A DNA stretch of 64,000 nucleotides from an uncultured Chloroflexia bacterium (GTDB lineage Bacteria > Chloroflexota > Chloroflexia > QHBQ01 > JADMIH01). Positions 28,311 to 37,169 of this stretch are shown here, piece after piece. The stretch spans positions 114,061 to 178,060 of the forward strand of contig CAWCNY010000001.1 in the NCBI GenBank assembly GCA_963797095.1, written 5' to 3'. The notes under the pieces are model-generated. The model saw nothing but the letters and a program-made list of their open reading frames with translations. It was not told the origin of the DNA and did not search any database. Positions within the stretch are counted from its first letter, which is position 1. Every line of letters starts with the position of its first letter. A program made the translations under genes and the position numbers.

Positions 28311-29441
28311 CTAAATCGCCTGGCCGATCATGCGTTTGCCCCTGGCTTTTTCGGTGGGGGCGTGGAGTAGCCCGGCGCGTTCGAGTAGGTAGTAATAGGA
28401 TTCGCGGTCGGTGTTGTGGAGGACGGCGAACTGGTGGGCGAGGGTTAGGGCGTTGGGATAGCCTTTGCCGAGGACGGATTGGTGGAGGATGATCTCTATG
28501 GTGCGCTCTAGCTGGCCTTGCTGGGCCACCCAGAGGGGGAATTCGAGGCGGGCGATCTCGTACTGGGTGCCGAGGTAGGCGAAGGTTAGCTCTTTGGCGA
28601 TGCCGGAGTTTTCGGAGACGAGGTAGGTGAAGACGGCCTCGAAGAGGGGGGATAGCTCGCCGTCGTCGAGGAGGGTCCAGAACAGGTCGGCGTCGTTGAT
28701 GCTCCAGAGGGGGGAGCAGGTGCACGGCTCGGTGGGGCGCTGCTCGTGGGGGGTGGGCTGCTCGCAGGCGAGGAGGCGGATGGCGCGCATGACCATGCCG
28801 GAGTCGGGGCGTGAGATGTAGCCGACGACGGGGACGGAGATGCGCTCGAAGTCGCGGAGGACCTGGAGGTAGTCGGCCATTAGCTCGGAGACGGCCCGTT
28901 CGTTGGAGAGCATGTAGACAAGCTGCATCAGGGAACCGTCGAGGAGGGCCACGTCGGCGCGGTACTGGCGGGACCAGTTGTATAGCTCGCGCAGCTCGTG
29001 GAGGGCGCAGCGCGCGCCGAGGACGCGGGCGGAGTAGAGTTCTTCGCTGTCGGCGGGGAGCTCGGGGTAGTGGGTGGGGGTGTTGTCGATCTCGGCGGAG
29101 GGGAGGTGGCCGTACTGGATCATGACGCGGCCCACGTTGATGAGGTAGCAGAGAGCGCCGCGGTGCTTGTCGGGAGCGATGAAGGAGGAGTCGGTGGCGA
29201 CTACGCGGTAGGAGGGAGGGTGGGGGGCATGCTGGGGGAAGGTGTGGAGGGGGGAGAGGGGGGCGGCTACCCAGCGGCGGGCGGCAGCATCGCGCACCCG
29301 AAGCTCCCATTCGGTTTCGCCGACGGCGTTGTAGATGCGGCGGGCAAGCTCGATGGCTTCGGCGCGGGCGTTGGCCTCGGCCTGGGAACCGGATTTGGAC
29401 TGTTCGATCTGGTGGGCTACTTCGGCGGCGTTGAAAGGCAT
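28311..29441 (-). CDS. nurA: NurA-domain nuclease
   Basis: YRVVATDSSFIAPDKH ... YLINVG ... ADVALLDGSLMQLVYM ... VGYISRPDSGMVMRAI match NurA acidic motifs. Confidence 0.7.
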   Translation of the reverse strand: MPFNAAEVAHQIEQSKSGSQAEANARAEAIELARRIYNAVGETEWELRVRDAAARRWVAAPLSPLHTFPQHAPHPPSYRVVATDSSFIAPDKHRGALCYLINVGRVMIQYGHLPSAEIDNTPTHYPELPADSEELYSARVLGARCALHELRELYNWSRQYRADVALLDGSLMQLVYMLSNERAVSELMADYLQVLRDFERISVPVVGYISRPDSGMVMRAIRLLACEQPTPHEQRPTEPCTCSPLWSINDADLFWTLLDDGELSPLFEAVFTYLVSENSGIAKELTFAYLGTQYEIARLEFPLWVAQQGQLERTIEIILHQSVLGKGYPNALTLAHQFAVLHNTDRESYYYLLERAGLLHAPTEKARGKRMIGQAI

Positions 29442-29446
29442 GGTTG

Positions 29447-29502
29447 GATTTCGGATTTTCGATTTCGGATTGCGGATTTATTGTTTGATTTTTGATTTTG
29501 GT
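29447..29502. repeat. Degenerate heptamer array (GGATTTY-like) directly upstream of the nurA start
   Basis: GGATTTC GGATTTTC GATTTC GGATTGC GGATTTA, then TTGTTTGATTTTTGATTTTGG. Confidence 0.85.
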
Positions 29503-29700
29503 ACAGGAAGGGTTGGTGATTGGCGCGAAGGGCTTTGTTTTGTTTGCACCGCAGAGGGGTAGAGGGCGCGGAGGGTTGAAGAGGATTGGGATTGTATGGA
29601 AGTACAGTACAATAGTTCGGGGGGAGTGGGCAAGTTTTTCCACTTCCTGTTCGGGTTTCGGCCTGTGAGATAGGATTATAGGGGCATTTTGCAGGCTCAA

Positions 29701-30201
29701 TCAGGGGGTGTTGGGGTGGTTACGTTTGAGGCGGGGGAACCAGCGGGGAACCTGGGATTTGTAGGTGAGATAGGCGGGGCCGAAGCGTTCTTCGAGGCCG
29801 GGTTCTTCGGAGAGGATGAAGTAGGCGTGGTTGAGCGTGAAGACGAAGAGCGCCCAGATGGCGATGGGCCAGGAGCCGAAGAAGAGGGATTCGCCGATTA
29901 GCATGGTGATGACGCCGCTGATCATGGGGTTGCGGACGTAGCGGTAGGGACCCGCGGCGACGAGGGACTGGGTGGGGTCCCATGGGGCGAGGGTGCCGCG
30001 ACCTACGCGGGCGAAGAGGGTTACGCACCAGAGGAAGAGGGCAAAGCCCGCGGCGAATATTAGCAGGCCGAGTATGCGCGCGGGCCATTCGATGAGGTTA
30101 TTGGTCCAGCGCGATTCTGCGGGCGCGAGGAGCCCCCACGGGATCAGCACGACCACCGTGAAGGGTAGGAGCAATATCGCGAGCAGATGACGGAGTATCA
30201 T
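29701..30201 (-). CDS. ICMT/PEMT-family membrane methyltransferase
   Basis: Multi-TM protein with GPYRYVRNPMISGVITMLIGESL ... EEPGLEERFGPAYLTYKSQVPRW. Confidence 0.7.
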   Translation of the reverse strand: MILRHLLAILLLPFTVVVLIPWGLLAPAESRWTNNLIEWPARILGLLIFAAGFALFLWCVTLFARVGRGTLAPWDPTQSLVAAGPYRYVRNPMISGVITMLIGESLFFGSWPIAIWALFVFTLNHAYFILSEEPGLEERFGPAYLTYKSQVPRWFPRLKRNHPNTP

Positions 30202-30926
30202 CTTCTAGCCATGGATTCTGGCTCCTTGATGCAGGTGTAGGCGGCGCGGACATGGAGGCGGTCGCGCTCGGTATGGAGAATCCGGAAGCCTGCCTGGGCG
30301 AGCATCGGTTCGAGGAGCCAGTTGAAGGTGCTGTATTCTTCTTGGAGGTGGGTTTCCAGCTCGGGGCGGGTCCAGCCGAGGTCGGGAGTGGGGCTGGCGT
30401 TGGCGAGCCAGGCTTCGATTGCGGAGGGGGCTTCGGTGGGGGTGAAGGAGTAGATGAGGTCGCGGAGGAAGAAGACGCCGCCCGGTTGGAGGATGTCGGC
30501 GATGCGCCGGAGGGCGATGGCCTTCCAGAAGTCGGGCAGATGGTGGAGGGCGTGGCGGGAGTAGACGAAGGCGGCGGGGTCGCCGTGATGCTGATAGGTG
30601 AGGAAGCCGCCCTGGACGCATTCGACGTTGTCGATGCGAAGTTGGGCGGCTTTTTCGCGCAGGGCCGCGAGCATGACGGGGGAGATATCGACGGCTACGA
30701 CGCGGCGGCAGAGCGGGGCGACGGCCAGGGCGAAGGTGCCTGTGCCCGCGCCGAGGTCTACGAGGGTGTGGGTGCTGTTGAGGCCGAGGTCGCACAGGAT
30801 GGCGAGGTCTTCGGCGGGGTCGGTGGCGGCTTTGGCGTCATAGGTGGGGACGTAGGTTGGCTCGAGGTGCTCAGGGCCCGCGTGGGAAAGCTCGTCTGGG
30901 AACCAGGAAGGGGATGGCGTGTTCAT
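30198..30926 (-). CDS. Class I SAM-dependent methyltransferase
   Basis: ATG at 30926 overlaps the upstream stop (ATGA). LVDLGAGTGTFALAVAPLCRRVVAVDISPVM ... LQPGGVFFLRD. Confidence 0.8.
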   Translation of the reverse strand: MNTPSPSWFPDELSHAGPEHLEPTYVPTYDAKAATDPAEDLAILCDLGLNSTHTLVDLGAGTGTFALAVAPLCRRVVAVDISPVMLAALREKAAQLRIDNVECVQGGFLTYQHHGDPAAFVYSRHALHHLPDFWKAIALRRIADILQPGGVFFLRDLIYSFTPTEAPSAIEAWLANASPTPDLGWTRPELETHLQEEYSTFNWLLEPMLAQAGFRILHTERDRLHVRAAYTCIKEPESMARR

Positions 30927-31882
30927 TGGAGTACCTGCGGGTTGATGATGTTGGTGGGGTGGCCGGAGGCGAAGGCGTTGATCTGGTCGAAGGCTGCGCC
31001 GAAGTATAACTCGTAGCTGTCTTCTTCTACGTAGCCGAGGTGGGGGGTGCAGATGGCGTTGGGGAGGTGGAGGAGGGGGTGGTCGGTTAGAGGCTCGGAC
31101 TGGTAGACATCGACGGCGCCGAAGCCGGGACGCCCTGATTTGAGGGCGGCTTCGAGAGCACCGGGGGCGATTAGCTCGGCGCGGGCGGTGTTGACCAGGA
31201 GGGCGGTGGGTTTCATGAGGGCGAGATGGTGGGGGGTGACTATAGCGCGTGTGTCGTCGGATAGCTTTGCGTGGAGGCAGAGGACATCGGATTGCTCGAA
31301 GAGGGTGTCGAGGTCGGGGGCGGTTTGGAAGCCGTCGGATCGGGCGCGGGAGAGGGAGCCTTGGCGGCCCCAGGCGATTACGTTCATGCCGAAAGCGCGG
31401 CCATAATTGGCGACCACGCTGCCGATCCTGCCATAGCCGAGGATGCCGAGGGTGCGGCCACGGAGGCCGGTGCCGAGGGTGGTTTGCCAGGTGCCCTGTT
31501 TGAGGGCGGCGATCTCCTGGGGGAGGTGGCGCATGGAGGCGAGGACGAGGGCCCAGGTTAGCTCGGCGGCGGCATGGGGGGAGCCTCCGCCTACGGCCAC
31601 GGTCACGCGGTGGCGGGTGCAGGCGTCGAGGTCGATGTGGGGGATGCCGCGGCCTGTCTGGCTGATGAGCTTGAGGTTGGGGAGGAGGGAGAGGAGAGGC
31701 TCGGTGATGGCGGTGCGCTCGCGGATGAGGACCAGGGCGTCGGCCTGGCGGAAGCGAGCGCCGAGGGTGGGGGTGTCTTTTACGGTGTCGTTGTAGATGG
31801 TGACGTGGTGGGCGGCGAGCTTGCTGAAGCAATCGAGGGTGCGGACTGCGTCCTGGTAGTCGTCGGGGATTACTATTTTCAT
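30923..31882 (-). CDS. D-isomer-specific 2-hydroxyacid dehydrogenase
   Basis: MKIVIPDDY... [32 protein letters not shown] and TPHLGY give the R-E-H catalytic set plus a GxGxxG fold. Confidence 0.85.
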   Translation of the reverse strand: MKIVIPDDYQDAVRTLDCFSKLAAHHVTIYNDTVKDTPTLGARFRQADALVLIRERTAITEPLLSLLPNLKLISQTGRGIPHIDLDACTRHRVTVAVGGGSPHAAAELTWALVLASMRHLPQEIAALKQGTWQTTLGTGLRGRTLGILGYGRIGSVVANYGRAFGMNVIAWGRQGSLSRARSDGFQTAPDLDTLFEQSDVLCLHAKLSDDTRAIVTPHHLALMKPTALLVNTARAELIAPGALEAALKSGRPGFGAVDVYQSEPLTDHPLLHLPNAICTPHLGYVEEDSYELYFGAAFDQINAFASGHPTNIINPQVLQ

Positions 31883-31903
31883 GACGATAGTATAATACTT
31901 GCT

Positions 31904-32581
31904 ATGCTTTATCTTGTCGCTACGCCTATTGGCAATTTGGGAGATATGACTTTGCGGGCTATTGAGACTTTGAAGTCGGTGGACTTGATCGCCAGCGAGG
32001 ATACCCGCAAGACCGGGATGCTGCTGAAGCACTTTGGGATCGAGAAGCAGCAGATGCCGTTCCACGAGCACAATGAGGAGAGGGCCGGGGGGCGGATTAT
32101 CGAGTTGTTGAAGTACGGGAAGAATGTGGCGTTGGTGACGGATGCGGGCACGCCGGGGATCTCGGACCCGGGGTTCTCGGTGGTGAGGCGGGCGCTGGCG
32201 GAGGGGTTGGAGGTTACGATGGTGCCGGGGGCGGCGGCTTTTGTGATGGCGGTGGTGCTGTCGGGGTTGCCTGTGCACAGCTTTACGTTCAAAGGGTTCG
32301 GGCCGCGCAAGCCGGGGCCGCGCAAGAAGTGGATGGCGGTGGATGCGGAGTCGCCGCATACGCTGGTGTTCTATGAGAGTCCGTACAGACTGAAGGCGTT
32401 TCTGGAGGATGCGCTGGAGGTTTACGGGGACAGGCAGGCGGCGCTGGCCCACGAGTTGACCAAGATGTTCGAGTCGGTGGAGCGCGGGACGATCTCGGAG
32501 TTGCTGGCGGGGTTGACGGAACAGAAGTTGCGGGGGGAGCATGTGGTGGTGATTGGTGGGTTGGTAGTCGGCAGCCGGTAG
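31904..32581 (+). CDS. rsmI: 16S rRNA (cytidine1402-2'-O)-methyltransferase
   Basis: [35 protein letters not shown] ... [16 protein letters not shown] ... [16 protein letters not shown] lies at 31891-31896, only 7 nt before the ATG. Confidence 0.9.
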   Translation: MLYLVATPIGNLGDMTLRAIETLKSVDLIASEDTRKTGMLLKHFGIEKQQMPFHEHNEERAGGRIIELLKYGKNVALVTDAGTPGISDPGFSVVRRALAEGLEVTMVPGAAAFVMAVVLSGLPVHSFTFKGFGPRKPGPRKKWMAVDAESPHTLVFYESPYRLKAFLEDALEVYGDRQAALAHELTKMFESVERGTISELLAGLTEQKLRGEHVVVIGGLVVGSR

Positions 32582-32644
32582 TCGGTAGTCGGTAGTCGGT
32601 AGTCGGAGTTAGAGTTTCTAGCTCCTGGTTCCTGGTTCCTGGTT
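32563..32644. repeat. Two heptamer arrays: (GGTAGTC)x6 and (CCTGGTT)x3
   Basis: 32563-32604 (the second unit is GGCAGCC) contains the rsmI stop codon. 32624-32644 holds three perfect copies. Confidence 0.95.
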
Positions 32645-32701
32645 CGGGCTGTAAGGTATCGTTTAAGGTTTACCGGCTACTGATTGTGAGGAGTGAGAGA
32701 T

Positions 32702-33658
32702 ATGAGTTGGGGACGATTTTTCAAGCTGATACAGTTGGCGTTTAAGGAGTGGAGCGAGGACAATGCGCCTGTGCTTGGGGCGGCTCTGGCTTATTACACT
32801 ATCTTTTCTATTGGACCGCTGCTGGTGGCTGTGATCGGGATCATCGGGTTGGTGCTTGGGCCGGACGCGGCTTCGGGGAAGGTAGCGGATACGCTGACGC
32901 AGTACCTGGGCGCGAGCGGTGCCGAAACAGTGCAGGGGATTATCGCGGGGGCGAGCAAGCCGACGGAGGGGATTATCGCGACTGTGATCGGGTCGATTGG
33001 GGTGGTGTTCGGGGCGATGGCGATCTTCGGGCAGTTGAAGAACGCGCTTAATGTGATATGGGAGGCACCTAAGCGGGAAGGGGGCGGGATCGGGGCGACG
33101 ATCGCTCAGAACGTGGCGATGTTCGCGCTGGTGGTGGCTTCGGCGCTGGTGTTGTTGCTGTCGCTGGCGGCTACGGCGGTTATCTCGTCGATTGAAAAGA
33201 TCGTGGGGCAGGTGCTGCCGGGCGGGCCGGTTGTATGGCAATTGCTGAATTACGTGGTGTCGCTGGGGTTAGTGACCGTGATGTTCGCGATCATCTTCAA
33301 GGTGCTGCCGGATGTGAGTATCGCGTGGAAGGATGTGTGGCTTGGGAGTTTTATCACGGCGCTGCTGTTTTTGGTGGGGCAGATATTGATCGGGATATAT
33401 GTGGCGTTGACCAATGTGGGGTCGTCGTATGGGGCGGCTAGCTCGCTGGTGGCGATCCTTGTGTACATTTATTACTCGGCGCAGATTGTGTTCCTGGGGG
33501 CAGAGATCACGCAGGTGTACGCGAATATGTTCGGGTCGCACGTGGGGCTGAAGAAGGAGTGGGGGTTCAGGTTGCAGATGCTTCGGCGCAAAGGTGGGGA
33601 TCAGGAGGAGGCGAAAGAGAAGCGGCCTGTGAGGTCGTCGCCGTGGTTTGGGGGGTAG
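32702..33658 (+). CDS. YihY/BrkB-family membrane protein
   Basis: GAGGAG 9 nt before the ATG. WSEDNAPVLGAALAYYTIFSIGPLL, with multiple TM segments. Confidence 0.8.
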   Translation: MSWGRFFKLIQLAFKEWSEDNAPVLGAALAYYTIFSIGPLLVAVIGIIGLVLGPDAASGKVADTLTQYLGASGAETVQGIIAGASKPTEGIIATVIGSIGVVFGAMAIFGQLKNALNVIWEAPKREGGGIGATIAQNVAMFALVVASALVLLLSLAATAVISSIEKIVGQVLPGGPVVWQLLNYVVSLGLVTVMFAIIFKVLPDVSIAWKDVWLGSFITALLFLVGQILIGIYVALTNVGSSYGAASSLVAILVYIYYSAQIVFLGAEITQVYANMFGSHVGLKKEWGFRLQMLRRKGGDQEEAKEKRPVRSSPWFGG

Positions 33659-33793
33659 GGTTGTTCTAACATCCGATTTACGTATATCACGTTCATAGGC
33701 GAACAACAGTGGATGTTGCAGCAGTGGCTTGGTGCCTTGCAATATAGGCTGACGACAGACTGAAGATATTCGCAAGCCTGGGCTAAGGCTTAG

Positions 33794-34507
33794 CTAATCC
33801 TGCTTGAACAGAACAGAGTTGGGAAGCTTGCGTGCCCCGTATCCTGACATATCCGCCAATGCTACAATTTTGGCAATCTGCCCCCTCGTAGCCGAGTTTG
33901 CAGGTCCAAACGTGCCAACTCCATACCCGTCCACTATTCCCTGGGCGTGAGCGGTTTCTATGTACTGGTAGAAAGTGCTACCTGTTGGTGCATCAGTGAA
34001 TGTGGGAGAGGGAGGGTCGTGGAGAGGCCAGCCCCACGCCAGCGCCACAATCTTGCTCATCTGTCCTCTTGTTGTGGTGGCGTAGGGTCTGTACGTGCTA
34101 TCAGGGTACCCGCTCACCGCTCCTCGGCAGTACAGATACTGCACTCCTTCGTAGAAGTAGTCGGAGGGAGATACATCCGTGAACGGCAGCACACAGATAG
34201 TAGCTACAGGTGTTGAGCTAGGTATGGCGGTGGCTGTGGGGCTGGGTGCGGTAGCCGTTTCTGTACCTGTAGCTGTGGTTGTCGGGATAAGAGTTTGTGT
34301 ACGAGTGGGTATGTTGTGAGTATTCGGGGTATTGGAAGGGGCACCAAGAGGCGTGGAGGTGGAGGCCGGTATAGAACTTGGTGGAGGATTTGGAGCGGGT
34401 AGCCGAGGCGCTCGGAGGCGGCAGCTATCTGGAGGGTGCAGCCGGGCCGGAACATGTCGTCGCGTGCCACGAAGTTGGGGACGGTGCGGGGGGCTAGCAG
34501 TTCCCAT
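33794..34507 (-). pseudogene. Remnant of an SLH-domain wall protein (two SLH repeats and a Thr/Pro linker, no credible N-terminus)
   Basis: FTDVSPSDYFYEGVQYLYCRGAVSGYPDSTYRPYATTTRGQMSKIV and FTDAPTGSTFYQYIETAHAQGIVDGY...[10 protein letters not shown]. Upstream of the linker the frame dissolves into Arg/Pro noise. Confidence 0.5.
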
Positions 34508-35158
34508 CCCCCAAACAGCGCGTTGGCGATGATCGGCGGATCGGCGTCTCTCAGGTGATAGAAGAGAACAAGGGCAGCGCGCGAGTGCGTAAAGTTATCG
34601 AGTCCCCGCACTTTCACTCTGTATCTGAGGCTGCTGTTGGACTTGTGGTTCGGCGGCAGCGCCACCACCGACTTGAACGCCCGCGCCTGGGGCGACCAGA
34701 TCAGCTTCTTCGCCACCGTGATCGTAGTGGGCTTTGAGGAAGTGGGCGAGGCATTCAGCCGGGATCTGATCGGCGGCTTGAGCTGGGCGCTTGGAGCAAG
34801 CATTACTGCGGGCGTGCTGGTAGCGTACCACCTCACGACGATGATAGGCGACCAGCGGGCCAGAGTGCTTGTGCCCTTGCCCATATGTATACCGAGCGTG
34901 GGCGAGCCTGTGGAGGAAGTTGGGCCGAAGGCCGTGCCTGAGTTTGGGCCAATAGAGGTAGATGGAGCAGAGGCAGCGATCCTGTTGCTGCGCGGCAAGC
35001 ATTCCGCCGACGTAGCTCGGGCATCGCAGCGTTGCAAGAGCAGCTACCTGATGATTTCAGCCTCGATGTGCTCCCCGTCCCAGGCATTACTCCAGCCGAA
35101 CTGGCTGCATGGCTCGCCCTCCGCCAGCCCGAACTGAACGCTGGCCCAACCTATCCCT

Positions 35159-35185
35159 CTCCTACGCCTCCTATGCCTCCTACCC
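35159..35185. repeat. 9-mer array CTCCTACGC CTCCTATGC CTCCTACCC
   Basis: Read directly. Lies in a region without a credible gene. Confidence 0.85.
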
Positions 35186-35551
35186 CCGCGGCCGCGGTGC
35201 CTACCAGAATGTAGGAGGCGGTACTCATCGGCGGCACGATGAGCACCAGTTGGCCCGTGTCGCTGCGGCACCAGTGCTAGTAGAGCCATCGTGCGAAATG
35301 CAGGCGGCGGTCGTCATCAGGCCATTCGGTCAGGTCTAACGCTGCTTCGCCTCAATGAGCGCTTCGACCTCGCCGGATGCAAACCCCTCGTGTACCAGAT
35401 AGTGGATCATCGACAAGCGCTCACGCCGCACCTCAAGCCCAGCGTGCGCCCCAAGCTCGATCTTGTGGCCATCCCTGTTGCTTTCTCTGGCGCCTTTCCT
35501 GCTGCTCTTCGTGAAACCACCTGAACATCTCATGCCTCCTGGGGGCCTTAC

Positions 35552-35998
35552 CTACACACCTATCTCTGGTGCCGGGGTATATTCATCGCTGGAGTGCTGA
35601 AGCGGACGCGATTGCCCAATACGCGACTGTTGTGCAGCGTGTTGAACATCAACGCCGTCGGGCTGATAGCTCTGGGCGATTGCCACGTTATCTATGCCTT
35701 CGTCCCCATAGAGGAACCAGGCGACCGTACGCGCCTCCACGATCGAGATAGGTGATAGCGCCTCGATTGGCCCGGTGTACCTGGAACGTTGAAGCCATCC
35801 CCCTGGCACGGCTGGGGCAGTGTAAAGCTCGCCATCCGTAGCTAGCGCGACCCATTCGAGAATGAAAGGCTCCGCAGTATCGAGGAAGACGAGGGGAGCT
35901 GGAGCGGTTCGAAATTGCCCTTCGTAGCACCCATCGCATCCGTAACATCCGTAGCACCCGTAATATTCGTGATATTCGCGATATGCCAGCATCGACAT
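35552..35998 (-). CDS. Hypothetical protein with an N-terminal (E/G)(Y/C)(H/Y) tri-residue repeat
   Basis: AGGAGG 6 nt before the ATG at 35998. MSMLAYREYHEYYGCYGCYGCDGCYEGQF, followed by a ~120-aa non-repetitive body. Confidence 0.45.
   Translation of the reverse strand: MSMLAYREYHEYYGCYGCYGCDGCYEGQFRTAPAPLVFLDTAEPFILEWVALATDGELYTAPAVPGGWLQRSRYTGPIEALSPISIVEARTVAWFLYGDEGIDNVAIAQSYQPDGVDVQHAAQQSRIGQSRPLQHSSDEYTPAPEIGV
35924..35986. repeat. Degenerate 9-nt periodic array x7 encoding the YGC repeat
   Basis: Minus strand reads GCATATCGC GAATATCAC GAATATTAC GGGTGCTAC GGATGTTAC GGATGCGAT GGGTGCTAC. Confidence 0.85.
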
Positions 35999-36657
35999 AG
36001 GGCTCCTCCTTTCCTTATGTGGTGGGCTCCCATGAGCGAATGAGTCATGTGCCCGCATCTGTGGTTACCCAGCCTGCTGCGTCGAGGGAATGAGAGAGGA
36101 TAAGCTGGCCAATTCGGCCGGGGCTAAGGTAAGGGAGCGAAAGCGCGAGAGGAGCGGATGATGCCAGCAGCAAAGCCCGCATGCCCGTAAGGGTTCTTCG
36201 GCAGTACTTCTTACCTCGCATCTGCAAAGTAGGTACTGAACCGGTATTTGAGAGTGTAGCTGATGGAGGTGGCAAATGGCGTAAAAAGAGGTTGCAGGCT
36301 GGTGAATAAGCGCGCCCACCGACGTGATGGTGCCAGGAATTTGCAGACGCCGCGCTCTAGCCCGCCTGATGCAACAACGGGTAGCTGGGCCAGCGCGCTT
36401 GAGGATAATTGGGAGTGAGAGAACTTCGAGTTCAGCCTTTCACGATCCGGTAATATACCCGGGGGGGTTTGTGGGCCAGGTACATTATCGTGGACCGGGC
36501 CAACCGGCGTACAGGAGCGGCCGAGACTATTTTACGGTGCCGCTACTATTCGCAAGCGTGGCGGAAGCCAAAGCATCCGCTGTGGGTTATGAAGAGGCCA
36601 AGTCAAAGCCGGCCTGCGTGTCGCGCACATTGGAGGCTCGGCAAAAGCGGTCGAAGA

Positions 36658-36681
36658 GCTGCGATTGCTGCGATTGCTGCC
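36658..36681. repeat. 9-mer array (GCTGCGATT)x2.6
   Basis: Read directly. Region of unassigned function. Confidence 0.85.
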
Positions 36682-36999
36682 CTTTGGCTATACCCAGGCC
36701 ATAGTCGCACACCGAGTTCACGGCGTATGGGGAAGACGCCCCTACACGAGGAGGTCAGTGCTGACCTCGATCCTGCCAAGGAAGCCGCTCGGAGTGGCAA
36801 TTACAGCAGAACAAATGCTCGCCGGCCAAAGTTGAAACTGCACGGACTTTCCTTTTCCCGCCGCGATTATTTTAAGCTCAACTTTTACCTATTTACACCT
36901 TGTTCGTCACCTCTGTGCGCTAGGATGGATGGTACAAAGCGGTCGTGCGCTGGCTCTAAGCCGACCAATCTGCACAGTTCGCGGTGTGGGGCAACCAGC

Positions 37000-37035
37000 C
37001 CGGACAGTCCGGACTGTCCGGACTGTCCGATTCTG
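37000..37035. repeat. 9-mer array CCGGACAGT CCGGACTGT CCGGACTGT CCGATTCTG
   Basis: Read directly, upstream of the GT4 gene. Confidence 0.85.
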
Positions 37036-37169
37036 CCACAAGCGCTTTCTTGCGTTATTAGTTCGCGCTAATGCGTTCGCATCGGAGCGACATCGACATC
37101 TCACCAGCGGGAGGTAACACCGATGCGAACCCTGAGAGCGTCAAATCCAGACGGGTAATTGGTGGTCGT

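Noticed and set aside
29600-29625. GTACAGTACAAT upstream of nurA as a possible LexA/SOS box.
   Set aside because: It is a direct GTAC repeat rather than the palindromic GAAC-N4-GTTC or RGTAC-N3-DGTWC type boxes. I do not know the LexA motif for this lineage, so a single occurrence is not enough.
28279-29700. 473-aa ORF on the minus strand overlapping nurA.
   Set aside because: It is Arg/Pro-rich low-complexity translation in an alternative frame of a high-GC gene. The overlapping 376-aa frame carries the NurA motifs and a sensible start.
31891-31906. A leaderless rsmI transcript, inferred from TATAAT 7 nt upstream of the ATG.
   Set aside because: This rests on a single hexamer with no recognisable -35 element, so it is too weak to report as a feature. 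It is mentioned only in the rsmI evidence.
30927-32542. Long N-terminal extensions of ORFs 30198-31832 (544 aa) and 30923-32542 (539 aa).
   Set aside because: The extensions are Arg/Pro/His-rich and lie out of frame over the dehydrogenase gene or antisense to rsmI. Real starts with ATGA-type coupling or an MKIVIP N-terminus are at 30926 and 31882.
36590-36870. RNase P RNA-like motifs on the minus strand: GGAAAGTCCG near 36850 and CCGGCTTT near 36605, which could pair like helix P4.
   Set aside because: The sequence upstream of the GGAAAGTCC motif is AT-rich and cannot form P1-P3. The other universally conserved blocks (GGGUGAAA..GGUGCGGUAAG, AGCAAGGCCAAAUAGG, ACAGAA) are absent. A 9-mer tandem array sits in the middle.
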